Shown: positions 46,426 through 57,450, counted from the stretch's first letter. The stretch: DNA of 64,000 nt from an uncultured Candidatus Binatia bacterium (GCA_965242525.1 OZ251459.1:1248001-1312000); one strand, 5' to 3'. Numbers and translations are program-made. Notes: a model not told the origin generated them from the sequence alone.

Positions 46426-47574
46426 CTAGTCCCCCAGCATGGTGTCGTCCATGCCTTCGGTGTCGTCCGCGGGCAGGCCGTTGCAGCTTTCCGGGTCGAG
46501 CCTCAGGTAGACGTTGGCGCCCACGGGCACGGCGTTCGCGGGATGGGTGTGCACGCGGATCAGTTGCTCCCGGACACGCACCTGGCAATGGTAGGCGTCG
46601 CCCATGAACACCGCGTCGTGGAGCGTCCCCTTGAGCACGTTCTCCGTTTCCGCGGGCGCCTCGGACGCCACCGAGATGTTCTCGGGGCGCACAGAGATCA
46701 CCGCCTGGGCGCCCTTCTCCATGGGCACCGCGGGCGCGAACGCGAGCATGCCGAACTCGGTGTCGAGCCGGCTGGGATGGGAGTTGGCGCCGGCCTCCGC
46801 CACCCGTCCGTTGATGAGGTTGGTGAGGCCCAGGAACGTGGCGGTGAACTTGCGCTTGGGTTTGGCGTAGAGCTGGTGGGGGTCGCCCACCTCGATCAGC
46901 CTGCCGCCGTGCATGACCGCGATCTGGTCCGAGATGGCCAGGGCCTCGGCCTGGTCGTGGGTGACGTAGATGGTGGTGATGTTGACCCGCCGTTGCAGCG
47001 CCTTGATCTCGAAGCGCATCTGTTCCCGCAGCTTGGCGTCCAGGTTGCTGAGGGGCTCGTCCAGCAGCATGACCTTGGGTTCGTTGATGAGGGCCCTGGC
47101 GAACGCCACCCGCTGTTGCTGTCCGCCGGACAGCTTGGGGGCCGGCCGCTCTTCGAGCCCGGCTAGGCCCACGATCTTGAGGACGTCTTCCACCCGGCTG
47201 CGGATCTCCGACTTGGGGCGCCGCCGGATGGTCAGCGGATAGCCCACGTTCTCGGCCACCGTCATGTGCGGCCAGATGGCGTAGGACTGGAACACCATGC
47301 CGATGGGCCGATGGTTGGGCGGCACGTAGGCCCCGCCGCCGGAGTGGAACACGGCCTTCTCGTCGATCTCGATGACGCCGCTCTCCGGCCGCTCCAGTCC
47401 GGCCACGCAGCGGAGCGTGGTGGTCTTGCCGCAGCCGCTGGGACCCAGGAAGGTATAGAGGGAGCCCTCGGGGATGCTGAGGGACACGCCCTTGAGCACG
47501 TGGACCCGTTCGGCGCCCTCCCCGAAGTACTTCTCCAGGCTGCTGATATCGACCATGACCCTGTCTTCGCTCAC
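46426..47574 (-). CDS. ABC transporter ATP-binding protein (PotA/FbpC-like, TOBE domain)
   Basis: GPSGCGKTT, LSGGQQQ, LLDEPLSNLD, VTHDQ; GTG start with GGGAGG RBS. Confidence 0.92.
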   Translation of the reverse strand: MSEDRVMVDISSLEKYFGEGAERVHVLKGVSLSIPEGSLYTFLGPSGCGKTTTLRCVAGLERPESGVIEIDEKAVFHSGGGAYVPPNHRPIGMVFQSYAIWPHMTVAENVGYPLTIRRRPKSEIRSRVEDVLKIVGLAGLEERPAPKLSGGQQQRVAFARALINEPKVMLLDEPLSNLDAKLREQMRFEIKALQRRVNITTIYVTHDQAEALAISDQIAVMHGGRLIEVGDPHQLYAKPKRKFTATFLGLTNLINGRVAEAGANSHPSRLDTEFGMLAFAPAVPMEKGAQAVISVRPENISVASEAPAETENVLKGTLHDAVFMGDAYHCQVRVREQLIRVHTHPANAVPVGANVYLRLDPESCNGLPADDTEGMDDTMLGD

Positions 47575-47818
47575 CGGTAACCTCCCTCGCAGACCGCGCC
47601 TGCGGGCGGGACCCTGCGGATCACGCTCGCCCGGAACCGCCGCGTCGCGCCGACATGGGAACGAGCTACCTATTGCATACAAACCGCGGCATTTCAACTT
47701 GGAACCCACGGACCCCCAGGGTTGATTTCGAGGCGGTTTTTTCATAACAACGGCAGTGGCGCCGGCGTTCGGGACACGGCGCCCGGACCTCGGTCCACGA
47801 ACCCGGAAGGGAGGATCC

Positions 47819-49192
47819 ATGAAGGCAGACCTGGTGATCAGGAACGGCACGGTCGTCACCCCCGAGTCCACCTTCGATGGCGGCGTGGCCATCCACGACG
47901 AGAAGTTCGTGGCCATCGGCGCCAACCATGCGCTCCCGGAGGGAGTCGAGGAGATGGACGCAAGCGGCAAGCACATCCTGCCCGGACTGATCGACGGCCA
48001 CGTCCATTTCCGCGAGCCCGGCATGACTCACAAGGAAGACTTCGGCACGGGTTCCCGCGCGGCCATTGCCGGCGGCGTCACCTTCGTGGTGGATATGCCC
48101 AACACCATCCCGCCGGTGACCCATCCGGAACAGGTGGAGGAGAAGAAGCGGCTGGCCGAGGAGAAATCGCTGGTGGACTTCGCGCTCCTGGGGGTGGTGG
48201 TGCAGACCAACGCGGACCAGATCCTGCCCATGGCCCGGGCCGGCGCGGTGGGCTACAAGATCTTCTTCGGCGAGACCATCGGCAACCTGCCCTTCCCCGA
48301 CGACGGGGTGTGCCAGGACGTGTTCCGGAACATCACCGAGTCCCGCCTGCCCCTGTGCATCCACGCCGAGAACCGGCAGATCATGTACCACCACCTGAAC
48401 CGCATCAAGGAGGAAGGCAAGACCGCTCCGGTGAACTGGGAAGCCACCCGCCCCTACCTGTGCGAGGCGGAATCGGTGCACCACGCCCTCTTCTTCGCCG
48501 AGGTCTTCGGCACCAAGCTCCACGTGCTGCACATGAGCTCCAAGCAGGCCGCGGCCCTGGTCCGGGACGCCAAGGCCCGGGGCATGAGGGTCACCGCGGA
48601 GACCGGCCCCCACTACCTGCTGCGCGAGCCCGGGGACATGGACACGGTGGGGCCGCTGCTCAAGATGAACCCGCCGGTGCGCACCCGGGACCACGGCGAA
48701 GCCCTGTGGGACGGCCTGCGCAACGGATACGTGGACATGATCGCCACCGACCACTCGCCCCACACCCTGGAGGAGAAAGGCGCCGACATCCACGGCAACA
48801 TGCTGAAGCCCGCCATCTGGGACTGCATCTCCGGGTTCTGCGGCGTGGAGACCGGGGTTCCCCTGATGCTCACGGAGGTCAACAAGGGGCGCATGAGCCT
48901 CAACCACTACGTCAGGGTGGCCTCGGAGAACCCCGCCAGGGTCTGGCAACTCTACCCCCGGAAAGGCGCCCTCCGGGTCGGCGCCGACGGCGACGTGACC
49001 GTCGTGGACATGGACAAGGAGGGGGCCATCGACATCACGAAGCTGCACAGCAAGAACAACCCCTCGCCGTGGCACGGCTGGAAGGTCAAGGGGATGCCCG
49101 TGGCGGCCGTGGTGCGGGGCCGCGTACAGATGCGGGACGGGGAGCCCGTGGGCCAACCCATCGGCCGCATGGTGACGCCCACGCCGGACTGA
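47819..49192 (+). CDS. Allantoinase/dihydroorotase-family cyclic amidohydrolase
   Basis: DGHVHFREPG, DMPNT, GYKIF, HAEN, HMSS, KMNPPVR, ATDHSPH. Confidence 0.9.
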   Translation: MKADLVIRNGTVVTPESTFDGGVAIHDEKFVAIGANHALPEGVEEMDASGKHILPGLIDGHVHFREPGMTHKEDFGTGSRAAIAGGVTFVVDMPNTIPPVTHPEQVEEKKRLAEEKSLVDFALLGVVVQTNADQILPMARAGAVGYKIFFGETIGNLPFPDDGVCQDVFRNITESRLPLCIHAENRQIMYHHLNRIKEEGKTAPVNWEATRPYLCEAESVHHALFFAEVFGTKLHVLHMSSKQAAALVRDAKARGMRVTAETGPHYLLREPGDMDTVGPLLKMNPPVRTRDHGEALWDGLRNGYVDMIATDHSPHTLEEKGADIHGNMLKPAIWDCISGFCGVETGVPLMLTEVNKGRMSLNHYVRVASENPARVWQLYPRKGALRVGADGDVTVVDMDKEGAIDITKLHSKNNPSPWHGWKVKGMPVAAVVRGRVQMRDGEPVGQPIGRMVTPTPD

Positions 49193-49195
49193 CGC

Positions 49196-50128
49196 ATGAA
49201 ACGCACCGAGCCGCTGGAATTCCATCGACCCGCGAGCCTCGCGGAAGCCACCCGGATCATGCTGGAGCGCGGACCCGGGGGCCATTTCCTCGCCGGGGGC
49301 ACCGATCTGGTCATCGCCATGAAGGAAAAGGGGCTGACGCCCCGGTACGTGGTGGACCTCAAGGGGATACCGTCGCTGTCGGGGATCCGCGAAGAGGCCG
49401 ACGGCAGCGTCGCCATCGGCGCCCTGACCACGCTGCGGGAAGTGGAGACCTCGTCCCTGGTGGCGGGACGTTACCCGTTCCTGGCCCGGAGCGCCGCGGA
49501 AGTGGGCTCCATCCAGATCCGCAACCGCGCCACCATCGGCGGCAACATGGCCAACGCCACCCCTTCCGCGGACGTGGCGCCGGCCCTGCTGGTGCTGGAC
49601 GCAAGGGCCCGGTTGGCGGGCGCGGACGGGGAGCGGGTGGTGGACCTCGGGGACTTCTTCCGCGGTCCGGGACAGACCGTGGCCGGGCCCGGCGAGGTCC
49701 TGACCGAGCTTTCGATCCCGCCCCAAGCCCCGCGCCTTGCAGGAGAGTACATCAAGTTCTCGCCCCGGGAGATGATGGACCTAGCCTACGTGGGCGTGGC
49801 GGTGGCCCTGACCCTGACGGAAACGGAGCGCAGGTGCGAGTCCGCGGCCATCGCCCTGGGGGCGGTTGCGCCCACGCCCATGCGCGCCCCCGGGGCCGAA
49901 GCGCTGCTCCGGGGCCAAGTGCTGACCGAGGATCTCGCGGAGCAGGCCGGCCGGAAAGCGGCCGAGGAATGCAGCCCCATCAGCGATGTGCGGTCGTCCG
50001 CGGAGTACCGCAGGGCCATGGTGCGGGTGAACACCCGGCGGGCGCTCCTGAACGCCGCCCTGGCCGACGGTCCGGTGGATTGGACCAGCCGGAGGGACCG
50101 GCGCTACGGACGGCCGGAGCGGGCGTGA
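49196..50128 (+). CDS. Molybdenum hydroxylase FAD-binding subunit
   Basis: [28 protein letters not shown]. Confidence 0.92.
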   Translation: MKRTEPLEFHRPASLAEATRIMLERGPGGHFLAGGTDLVIAMKEKGLTPRYVVDLKGIPSLSGIREEADGSVAIGALTTLREVETSSLVAGRYPFLARSAAEVGSIQIRNRATIGGNMANATPSADVAPALLVLDARARLAGADGERVVDLGDFFRGPGQTVAGPGEVLTELSIPPQAPRLAGEYIKFSPREMMDLAYVGVAVALTLTETERRCESAAIALGAVAPTPMRAPGAEALLRGQVLTEDLAEQAGRKAAEECSPISDVRSSAEYRRAMVRVNTRRALLNAALADGPVDWTSRRDRRYGRPERA

Positions 50129-50189
50129 GGGTCCCTTTCCCCCGCGCCGCCGCCCTGCCCGCCCATCCCATGGAAGGAGCCTTTGGAGC

Positions 50190-50687
50190 ATGACGCAGAC
50201 CATCGAGTTCACCCTGAACGGAAAGGCCACCTCCGTGGCCGCTCCCGCGCACCGGCTGTTGCTCGACCTCTTGCGGGACGAGATCGGCCTCACCGGGACC
50301 AAGGAGGGCTGCGGCACCGGAGACTGCGGCGCCTGCACCGTCTATCTCGACGGGAAGCCGGTGAACTCGTGCCTGGTGCTGGCCGGGGAGCTCCCGGAGG
50401 CGGAGGTGGTCACGGTGGAGGGGATCGGGGAAGGCGGCGCCTACCACCCGGTCCAGGCCGCCTTCATGGCCGCGGGCGGCGCCCAGTGCGGCTACTGCAC
50501 CCCCGGCATGCTGATGATGGCCAAGGCGTTCCTGGAGGAGAACCCCGACCCCACGGACGACGAGATCCGCTTCGCCCTGTCGGGGAACCTGTGCCGCTGC
50601 ACCGGGTACGTGAAGATCGTCGAAGCGGTGCGGGACGCGGCCGCGGAGCTTCGCCGCCAGGCCGGCAAGGGACGGGGCCATGAGTGA
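50190..50687 (+). CDS. Molybdenum hydroxylase (2Fe-2S) subunit
   Basis: [33 protein letters not shown]. Confidence 0.93.
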   Translation: MTQTIEFTLNGKATSVAAPAHRLLLDLLRDEIGLTGTKEGCGTGDCGACTVYLDGKPVNSCLVLAGELPEAEVVTVEGIGEGGAYHPVQAAFMAAGGAQCGYCTPGMLMMAKAFLEENPDPTDDEIRFALSGNLCRCTGYVKIVEAVRDAAAELRRQAGKGRGHE

Positions 50688-52971
50688 CCTCAAGGTGGTG
50701 GGCCATCCGGTGACGCGGGTGGACGTGGACGACAAGGTCACCGGCGCGGCCATCTACGGGTACGACCTGGCGCTGCCGGACATGCTCCACGGCAAGGTCC
50801 TGTTCAGCACCCGGCCCCATGCGCGCATCGTCAGGCTGGACCTGGAGAAGGCGCGCCGGCACCCGGGGGTGGCGGCCGCCATCTCCGGCGCCGACGCCCC
50901 GTGGACCCACGGCGAGTCCGTCAAGGACAAACCCTTCCTGGCCCAGGGCAAGGTCCGCTACGTGGGCGAGCCGGTGGCCGCGGTGGCCGCGGTGGACGAG
51001 GACACGGCCCAGGCGGCCCTGAAACTCATCGAGGTGGAGTACGAGGACTTGCCCGCCTATTTCACCCCCGAGGAGGCGTGCCGACCCGGCGCCGCGGCCA
51101 TCCACGAGGAGTTCGAGAGCTACCGCAAGGCCGATTTCATCGTGGGCGCGCCCATGCCCAACGTGTGCGAGCACTTCAAGCTGCGCACCGGGGACACGGA
51201 CGAGGGGTTCCGCAAGTCCGACTTGGTGCTGGAGGAGACCTACTACGTGCCGGTGATCCAGCACGCGGCCATGGAGCCCCATTCGGCCCACGCCCGGGTG
51301 GATCCCGAGACCGGACGGGTGACCGTGTGGGTGGCCAACGACGCGCCGTTCCGGGCCCTGACCGAGGTGGCCGAGGCCCTGGGGCTGCCGCAGGAGAAGA
51401 TCCGGCTCATCAACCCGTTGCAAGGGGGCGGCTTCGGCTCCAAGGGCGGTCTCAAGCTGGAGCCCATCGCCATGGGGCTGGCGTTCCACACCCGAGGCCG
51501 CCCGGTGCGGGTGAAGTTCAACCGGGAGGAGACCTTCGTCTCGACCCTGGTGCGCCACGAGGCCACGGTGCGGGTCAAGAGCGGGGTGCGGAAGGACGGC
51601 GCGCTGGTGGCCCGCCGCATGACCCTCTACTGGGGCGGCGGCGCCTACGCCGAGAAGAGCCCCACCGTGTGCATACGCGGCAGCCTGCCGGCCCCGGGCC
51701 CCTACCGCATCCCCCACGTCCGGGTGGACGGCTACGCGGTCTATACCAACAAGCCCGTGGCCGGGGCCTTCCGCGGCTACGGCATCCCCCAGGGGGCCTG
51801 GGCCACGGAGCAGCACATGGACGAGATCGCCCGGAGGCTCGGCATGGACCCCCTGGAGCTCCGGCTGAAGAACGTCTTCGTGGACGGCGACACCGCCTAC
51901 TGGGGCGAGCAGCTCCACAGCGTGGGGCTCACCGAGACCCTCACCCGGGCCGCGGCCGCCATCGACTGGGGCAAGCCCCGGGCCGCCGGAGTGGGACGGG
52001 GGCTGGCCTGCATCTCCAAGCCCACCCGCTCCCCCACCACTTCCCGGGCCGGGGTGCTGCTGGACGCCAACAGCCGGGTGACGGTGCTGGCGGGCACGGT
52101 GGAGATCGGCCAGGGGAGCAGCACGATCCTTTCGCAGGTGGCCGCGGAAGAGTTGCGCATACCCATCGAGCAGGTGCGGGTGGCGCCGCTGGACACCGAC
52201 GTCATCCCCTTCGACGCCTCCACCACTTCCAGCCGCAGCACCTACCACATGGGCAACGCCGTGCGCAGGGCCGCGGTCCACGCCCGGGACCGGCTCCTGG
52301 AGATGGCGGGGCCGGTGCTCGAAGGACGCAAGGAAGAGCTGGTGCTGGCCGACGGCAAGGTGCACCTACGGGACCACGAGGAGATGGCCCTGACCTTCGG
52401 CGAGGTCGTCCGGCGCACCCTCGGGGGCGGCGAGGTCCTGCGCGGAGACGGCTCCTACACCTACGAGATCGGCAAGGACCTGGACCTGGAGACCGGCCAC
52501 AGCGACCACGCGTCGGCCTTCTACATGTACGCCACCCAGGCCGCGGAGGCGTCGGTGGACCAGGAGACCGGCAGGGTCCGGCTGCACCGGGTGTCAGCGG
52601 CCCACGACGTGGGCAAGGCCATCAACCCCCTCAACTGCGCCGCCCAGATCGAAGGAGGAGTGGCCATGGGCATCGGGGCGGCGCTCCACGAGAACCTGGT
52701 CATCGACCAGGACGGCAAGGTGCGGAACCCCTCGTTCCTGGACTACCACCTGGTGACGTCCCTGGACATGCCCGAGGTCATCCCCATCGTGGTGGAGTGC
52801 GCCGAGCCCGAAGGCCCCTACGGCGCCAAGGGGCTGGGCGAGCCCGGGCTCGCCCCCACCCCCGCGGCCATCGGCAACGCGGTGGCGGACGCCATCGGGT
52901 CGCGCATCCGCGACCTGCCGCTGACCCCGGAACGGGTGTTCCGGGCGTTGGAGGACCGGGGCGGGAAGTAG
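50680..52971 (+). CDS. Xanthine dehydrogenase family molybdopterin-binding subunit
   Basis: HAAMEPH, GGGFGSK, AFRGYG, EIGQG, GAKGLGE. Confidence 0.93.
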   Translation: MSDLKVVGHPVTRVDVDDKVTGAAIYGYDLALPDMLHGKVLFSTRPHARIVRLDLEKARRHPGVAAAISGADAPWTHGESVKDKPFLAQGKVRYVGEPVAAVAAVDEDTAQAALKLIEVEYEDLPAYFTPEEACRPGAAAIHEEFESYRKADFIVGAPMPNVCEHFKLRTGDTDEGFRKSDLVLEETYYVPVIQHAAMEPHSAHARVDPETGRVTVWVANDAPFRALTEVAEALGLPQEKIRLINPLQGGGFGSKGGLKLEPIAMGLAFHTRGRPVRVKFNREETFVSTLVRHEATVRVKSGVRKDGALVARRMTLYWGGGAYAEKSPTVCIRGSLPAPGPYRIPHVRVDGYAVYTNKPVAGAFRGYGIPQGAWATEQHMDEIARRLGMDPLELRLKNVFVDGDTAYWGEQLHSVGLTETLTRAAAAIDWGKPRAAGVGRGLACISKPTRSPTTSRAGVLLDANSRVTVLAGTVEIGQGSSTILSQVAAEELRIPIEQVRVAPLDTDVIPFDASTTSSRSTYHMGNAVRRAAVHARDRLLEMAGPVLEGRKEELVLADGKVHLRDHEEMALTFGEVVRRTLGGGEVLRGDGSYTYEIGKDLDLETGHSDHASAFYMYATQAAEASVDQETGRVRLHRVSAAHDVGKAINPLNCAAQIEGGVAMGIGAALHENLVIDQDGKVRNPSFLDYHLVTSLDMPEVIPIVVECAEPEGPYGAKGLGEPGLAPTPAAIGNAVADAIGSRIRDLPLTPERVFRALEDRGGK

Positions 52972-53114
52972 GCCCGGGGCGTCGGACACGGAGGACCCGC
53001 ACGAGACCGGGCCGGCCGTAGCGCGTCTCGACGGGGCAACGCCGAGTCCGGCCCGCCCATGGAGACGATGGCGGCCCTCCCCGGCCCCAAGGGGGACCCG
53101 CTCGGAAGCAGCGC

Positions 53115-54350
53115 ATGGAAAAGGTCCCCGTCTTCATCCTCACGGGCTTCCTCGGCGCCGGCAAGACCACCCTGCTGAACCGCATGCTCACCGCGCCCCA
53201 CGGGCGCCGCATCGCCGTCGTCATCAACGAGTTCGGCGAGGTGGGCATCGACCACCATCTCGTGATCGCCTCGGAGGAAGAGATCCTCCAGATGAACAAC
53301 GGCTGCATCTGCTGCACGGTCCAGGGGGACCTGCTGCGGGTGCTGCTCCGGCTCCTGGAACGCCGCGGCGCCTTCGACTACCTGGTGGTGGAGACCTCCG
53401 GCCTCGCGGACCCCACGGTCCTGGTGCAGACCCTGCTGCTGGACGAACGGGTCCGCAGGGACTTCGAGCTCCAGGCGGTGGTGACGGTGGTGGACGGAAT
53501 GCACGTCGAGCAACAGCTCGCGGCCCACCACGAGGCCCGGGAGCAGGTCGCCTGCGCGGACGCGCTCCTGCTGAACAAGACGGACCTGATCACGCCGGAG
53601 GAAGCGGACTCCCTGGCGGCCAGGCTCGCGGACCTGAACCCCGCGGCCCGGGTGACCCCCACGCGGAACGCGGAAGTGGATATGGGCGAGCTGCTGGAGA
53701 TGCGCGCCTTCGACCTGGAGGCCAAGCGCCGCGCGGTGGAAGGCTGCGACCACCGGGACCACACCTCGGTCCAGACCGTCTCCTTCGTGCAGCCCGGGGA
53801 CCTGGACAAGGCCCGCCTGAGCCGCTGGTTCCGATCCGTGTTGGCCGAGAGGGGAGCCGACCTCCTGCGCATGAAGGGCATACTCAACATGTACGGCGAC
53901 TCCCACCAGTTCGTGTTCCACGGGGTCCACAGCATGTTCGAGGGTCGTCTGGGACGGGAATGGGAGGACGGCGAGGATCGGTTGAACCGCTTGGTCTTCA
54001 TCGGCCGGGACCTGGACGGCGACGAGCTGCGCCGCGGCCTCGGGGGCTGCCTCCGGTCCGGGGACGAGGACGCAACGGACGGCGAGCCGGACATCTACCG
54101 GGAGGTCTCGCCCTTCACCCTGGACCAGATCCGCGTCTGGGTCCGGCAGGCGCTGGAGTTCCCTTCCCGCACCCCGGTCACCATCAAGGAGGTGCCTTGC
54201 GTCAAGCCCGGCTGCCCTCCCATCGAGACCGCCATCATGGTGTTCCTGGAAGCGGAACCCCCGCGTTTCTACAAGATCCAGAAGACCATCAACGAGGTCA
54301 ACTTCGACAGCGTCTACAACCTGATCGAGAACCCCATGCCGTGTTGCTGA
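53115..54350 (+). CDS. CobW/COG0523 G3E GTPase metallochaperone with an extra C-terminal Cys-rich domain
   Basis: GFLGAGKTT, NEFGE, GCICC, ETSG, NKTD, CobW_C (RMKG...VFIGR), then about 85 extra aa with CVKPGCPP and a terminal CC. Confidence 0.9.
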   Translation: MEKVPVFILTGFLGAGKTTLLNRMLTAPHGRRIAVVINEFGEVGIDHHLVIASEEEILQMNNGCICCTVQGDLLRVLLRLLERRGAFDYLVVETSGLADPTVLVQTLLLDERVRRDFELQAVVTVVDGMHVEQQLAAHHEAREQVACADALLLNKTDLITPEEADSLAARLADLNPAARVTPTRNAEVDMGELLEMRAFDLEAKRRAVEGCDHRDHTSVQTVSFVQPGDLDKARLSRWFRSVLAERGADLLRMKGILNMYGDSHQFVFHGVHSMFEGRLGREWEDGEDRLNRLVFIGRDLDGDELRRGLGGCLRSGDEDATDGEPDIYREVSPFTLDQIRVWVRQALEFPSRTPVTIKEVPCVKPGCPPIETAIMVFLEAEPPRFYKIQKTINEVNFDSVYNLIENPMPCC

Positions 54351-54431
54351 CCCCGTATGGGTTCCCGCTTCCCTCACCCTGACACTTGTACGATCGTCCT
54401 CGTCGTTGTCCCTGTCGTTGCCGGACCCGCA

Positions 54432-54576
54432 CGGATTCCTGCTTCCCCCACCCTGACACCCCTGTCCCCGTTCGTCTCCTGAGCGTGGAGGAGCTACTCC
54501 CCGTTCGTCCTGAGCGTAGCGAAGCGAAGTCGAAGGACGCGCTTCACGCCCTCTGTCCCGTTCGTTCGGAGGTTCC
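54432..54576 (+). mobile_element. MITE-A derivative (partial and full repeat A plus right TIR)
   Basis: CCCTGACAC..TGTCCCCGTTCG, repeat A at 54500-54538, TTCGTTCGGAGGTTCC at 54561-54576. Confidence 0.6.
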
Positions 54577-54634
54577 TTGGCAAGCACCGACGTTTGCACG
54601 GATGGCAGGGGGCTTCCGGCTTGCGGACGCAGGG

Positions 54635-55255
54635 CTACAGCGCTCGCCGCCCTTCGATGGCTTCGCCCAGGGTGCCGGCGTCTGTGTACTCGATCTCCCC
54701 TCCCAGGGGCAGGCCCCGGGCGATGCGGGTGATGCGGATGCCCAGGGGCTTGAGCATCTTGGCGAGGTAGAGGGCGGTGGCGTCTCCTGCCCGGGTGGCG
54801 TTGGTGGCGACGATGACCTCCGCGGGAGGGACGTCGCGGACCCGCGCCATGAGCTCCTCGATCTTCAGGGCGTCGGGTCCCACGCCGTTGAGCGGGAAGA
54901 TGGCGCCGTGGAGCACGTGGTAGAGGCCCTTGTACTCCCCGGAACGTTCGAGCGCCATGAGGTCCGAGGGCTCTTCGACCACGCAGATGGTGGCGTCGTC
55001 CCGTTCGGGGTCGCGGCAGACCCTGCACGGCGCGACTTCCTCGGACCCCGCGGGTATCTCGCTCAGGCCGAAGCACCGGGGACAGAGTCCCATCTCCCGC
55101 TTCAGCTTCTCCATGCTTCCGGCCAGCGCCAACACCGACTCCTTCCGGTCCTTGAGCAGGTGGAAGGCCAAGCGGCCCGCGGTCTTCTCGCCGATGCCGG
55201 GAAGCCTGGACAGTTGCTCGATGACCCGGGCCAGGGGCGCCGGATATCCGGTCAT
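54635..55255 (-). CDS. recR: Recombination mediator RecR
   Basis: LPGIGEKTA, CPRC...CRVC, ICVVE, YHVLHG, IARGLPLGGEIEY. Confidence 0.96.
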   Translation of the reverse strand: MTGYPAPLARVIEQLSRLPGIGEKTAGRLAFHLLKDRKESVLALAGSMEKLKREMGLCPRCFGLSEIPAGSEEVAPCRVCRDPERDDATICVVEEPSDLMALERSGEYKGLYHVLHGAIFPLNGVGPDALKIEELMARVRDVPPAEVIVATNATRAGDATALYLAKMLKPLGIRITRIARGLPLGGEIEYTDAGTLGEAIEGRRAL

Positions 55256-55578
55256 GGCATCAACCCGGGGATCTTGACCCCTCCCGTCAGCTTGCTCATC
55301 TCCTCGGTGGCCATTTCCCTGGCCCGCCTCAACCCCTCGTTGACCGCGGCCCGGACCAGGTCTTCGAGCATCTCCACCTCTTCCGGGTCGATGACGCTCG
55401 GGTCCACCTTGATCGAAGCGAGGGTGAACTGCCCGTTGACCGTCACCCGGACCATGCCGCCGCCGGCAGTGGCTTCCACGGTCTTCTTCGCCAACTCTTC
55501 CTGGACCTTCGCAAGCTTCGACTGCATCTCCCGAGCCTGCTTCAAGAGGCCGCCCATGCCGCCCAGACCCTCGCTCAT
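55252..55578 (-). CDS. ybaB: YbaB/EbfC nucleoid-associated protein
   Basis: KQAREMQ, AGGGMVRVTVNG, LEDLVRAAVNE; lies between dnaX and recR. Confidence 0.95.
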   Translation of the reverse strand: MSEGLGGMGGLLKQAREMQSKLAKVQEELAKKTVEATAGGGMVRVTVNGQFTLASIKVDPSVIDPEEVEMLEDLVRAAVNEGLRRAREMATEEMSKLTGGVKIPGLMP

Positions 55579-55603
55579 GTGACCGCTCCCTTCCCCGGAG
55601 GCG

Positions 55604-57259
55604 CTACTTGACCGTACCCCCGAAAATCCGCAACGCTTCGTCCACGATGTCCTCCGGACCCTCCCGGTCCGGGGTCGGCGGAGCCTCGGGGCCGTCGGGG
55701 TTCGGCGGCGCTTCGGCCCCTCGCTCTTGGCCAGCCGCGGGCACGACGGTGACGGCCATCTCCCGCTCGAAGAAGTCGTCGAGAAGCCCCTTGAGGACTT
55801 CCGTGTTGCCGTTTCCCCGGAGGTAGTCCAGGTGCATCCGGTCCTCCATGCCCAGCTTCAGTCCCGCGGCCGACAGCTCCAGGACCCTGCCCTGCTTCAG
55901 GATGGCGGCAAGGGTGGGTTTCTCCCCGGAGACCGCGTCCACGAAACGGTCCCAGTCGTCGGCCCCGGGCTCCGGGCGCACGGGCCGCTTTTCGGTTCCG
56001 TGCGCGGCCGGTGCAAGTTTCGCGTGGCCCGGGTCCATCCCCTCCCCGTGGAGCGGTCCGGCTTCCTCCAGCTTCCGCTCCAGACGCCGCAACTGCTCGA
56101 TGGCGTCCACCACGTTCACGGTCCGGGGCAGGGTCGCCGCCCGGACCAGCGACGCTTCCATGTCGAAGCGCGGGTACGGCGAGCGGGACACGGCCTCGTC
56201 GCCCTGGACGATGAACCGATAGTACCCCATGAGGGTCTCGGGGTCCACGGACGCAACCTGTTCCCGGAGCCGGGCCATCTCCTCGTCGGTCAGGTCCATC
56301 AGCCGCCGGGAGCCGTCGCCGGCGTCGGAGGCCGCCCCCGCCTTTCCTTCCGTCAACCGTGTCACCAGCAGGTTGCGGAAGTGCTCCACCAACTCCCGGG
56401 ACAGGGCGGCGAGGTCCACCCCGGAAGCGGCCGCCTCCGCCACCCGTTGCAGGCACCCGGCAGGGTCCCCAGCGATGACCGCGGCGGAGATCTCGTGGAG
56501 CACCCGCCGCTCGGCCACCCCGAGGACGTCCCGCAGCAGCGGCTCGTCCACCGCCCCGCCCTCCCCCGCAGGCTCCACGAACGAGAGCACCTGCTCCAGC
56601 AGCGACTGGGCGTCGCGCATGCTGCCCTGGGCCGCCCGGCTCAGGAGCGTCAAGGCCCCGTCGGTGATGTCCAAGTCTTCCGCGTCCGCGATCCGCCGCA
56701 GCCGCTCGTGGATGTCCCGGACCTCGATACGCCGGAAGTCGAAGCGCTGGCAGCGCGAAAGGATGGTTTCCGGCAGCCGGTGGACCTCGGTGGTGGCGAG
56801 TATGAACTTGGCGAACGCCGGCGGCTCTTCCAGGGTCTTGAGCAGCGCGTTGAAGGCGTCCTTGGTGACCTGGTGGACTTCGTCGATGATATAGACCTTG
56901 AAGCGCGCCGCGGCCGGCTGGTAACGCACGTTCTCGATGATCTGCCGCACCTCGTCGATGCCGCGGTTGGAGGCCCCGTCGATCTCGTACACGTCGATGG
57001 AGCGGGCCTCGTTGATCTCCCGGCAGCGGACGCACTCGTTGCAGGGAGTGGGCGTGGGACCCTCGGTGCAGTTCAGGGACTTGGCCAGGATGCGCGCGGC
57101 GCTGGTCTTGCCCACCCCCCGGACCCCGGTGAACAGGTAGCAATGGGCGATGCGGCCTCGGTGGATGGCGTTGGCGAGGACCTGGGCGATGTGGGGCTGC
57201 CCCACCATGTCCGCAAAGCTCTGCGGACGCCACTTGCGGGCCAACACGAGATAGGACAT
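55604..57259 (-). CDS. dnaX: DNA polymerase III subunit gamma/tau
   Basis: MSYLVLARKWRPQ, GVRGVGKT, EIDGASN, IIDEVH, NALLKTLEEPP, SRCQ, GSMRDA. Confidence 0.97.
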   Translation of the reverse strand: MSYLVLARKWRPQSFADMVGQPHIAQVLANAIHRGRIAHCYLFTGVRGVGKTSAARILAKSLNCTEGPTPTPCNECVRCREINEARSIDVYEIDGASNRGIDEVRQIIENVRYQPAAARFKVYIIDEVHQVTKDAFNALLKTLEEPPAFAKFILATTEVHRLPETILSRCQRFDFRRIEVRDIHERLRRIADAEDLDITDGALTLLSRAAQGSMRDAQSLLEQVLSFVEPAGEGGAVDEPLLRDVLGVAERRVLHEISAAVIAGDPAGCLQRVAEAAASGVDLAALSRELVEHFRNLLVTRLTEGKAGAASDAGDGSRRLMDLTDEEMARLREQVASVDPETLMGYYRFIVQGDEAVSRSPYPRFDMEASLVRAATLPRTVNVVDAIEQLRRLERKLEEAGPLHGEGMDPGHAKLAPAAHGTEKRPVRPEPGADDWDRFVDAVSGEKPTLAAILKQGRVLELSAAGLKLGMEDRMHLDYLRGNGNTEVLKGLLDDFFEREMAVTVVPAAGQERGAEAPPNPDGPEAPPTPDREGPEDIVDEALRIFGGTVK

Positions 57260-57316
57260 GACGTATGGGGGCCGCTTCGAGGGCCGTTGCGCCCGGCCGC
57301 GCGCGGCGGGATGCTC

Positions 57317-57429
<113 letters not shown>

Positions 57430-57450
57430 CAACATCCCGGCCGCACGCGC

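Noticed and set aside
55604-57259. Programmed -1 frameshift in dnaX producing gamma
   Set aside because: No A AAA AAG or poly-A/T slippery run noticed in the gene
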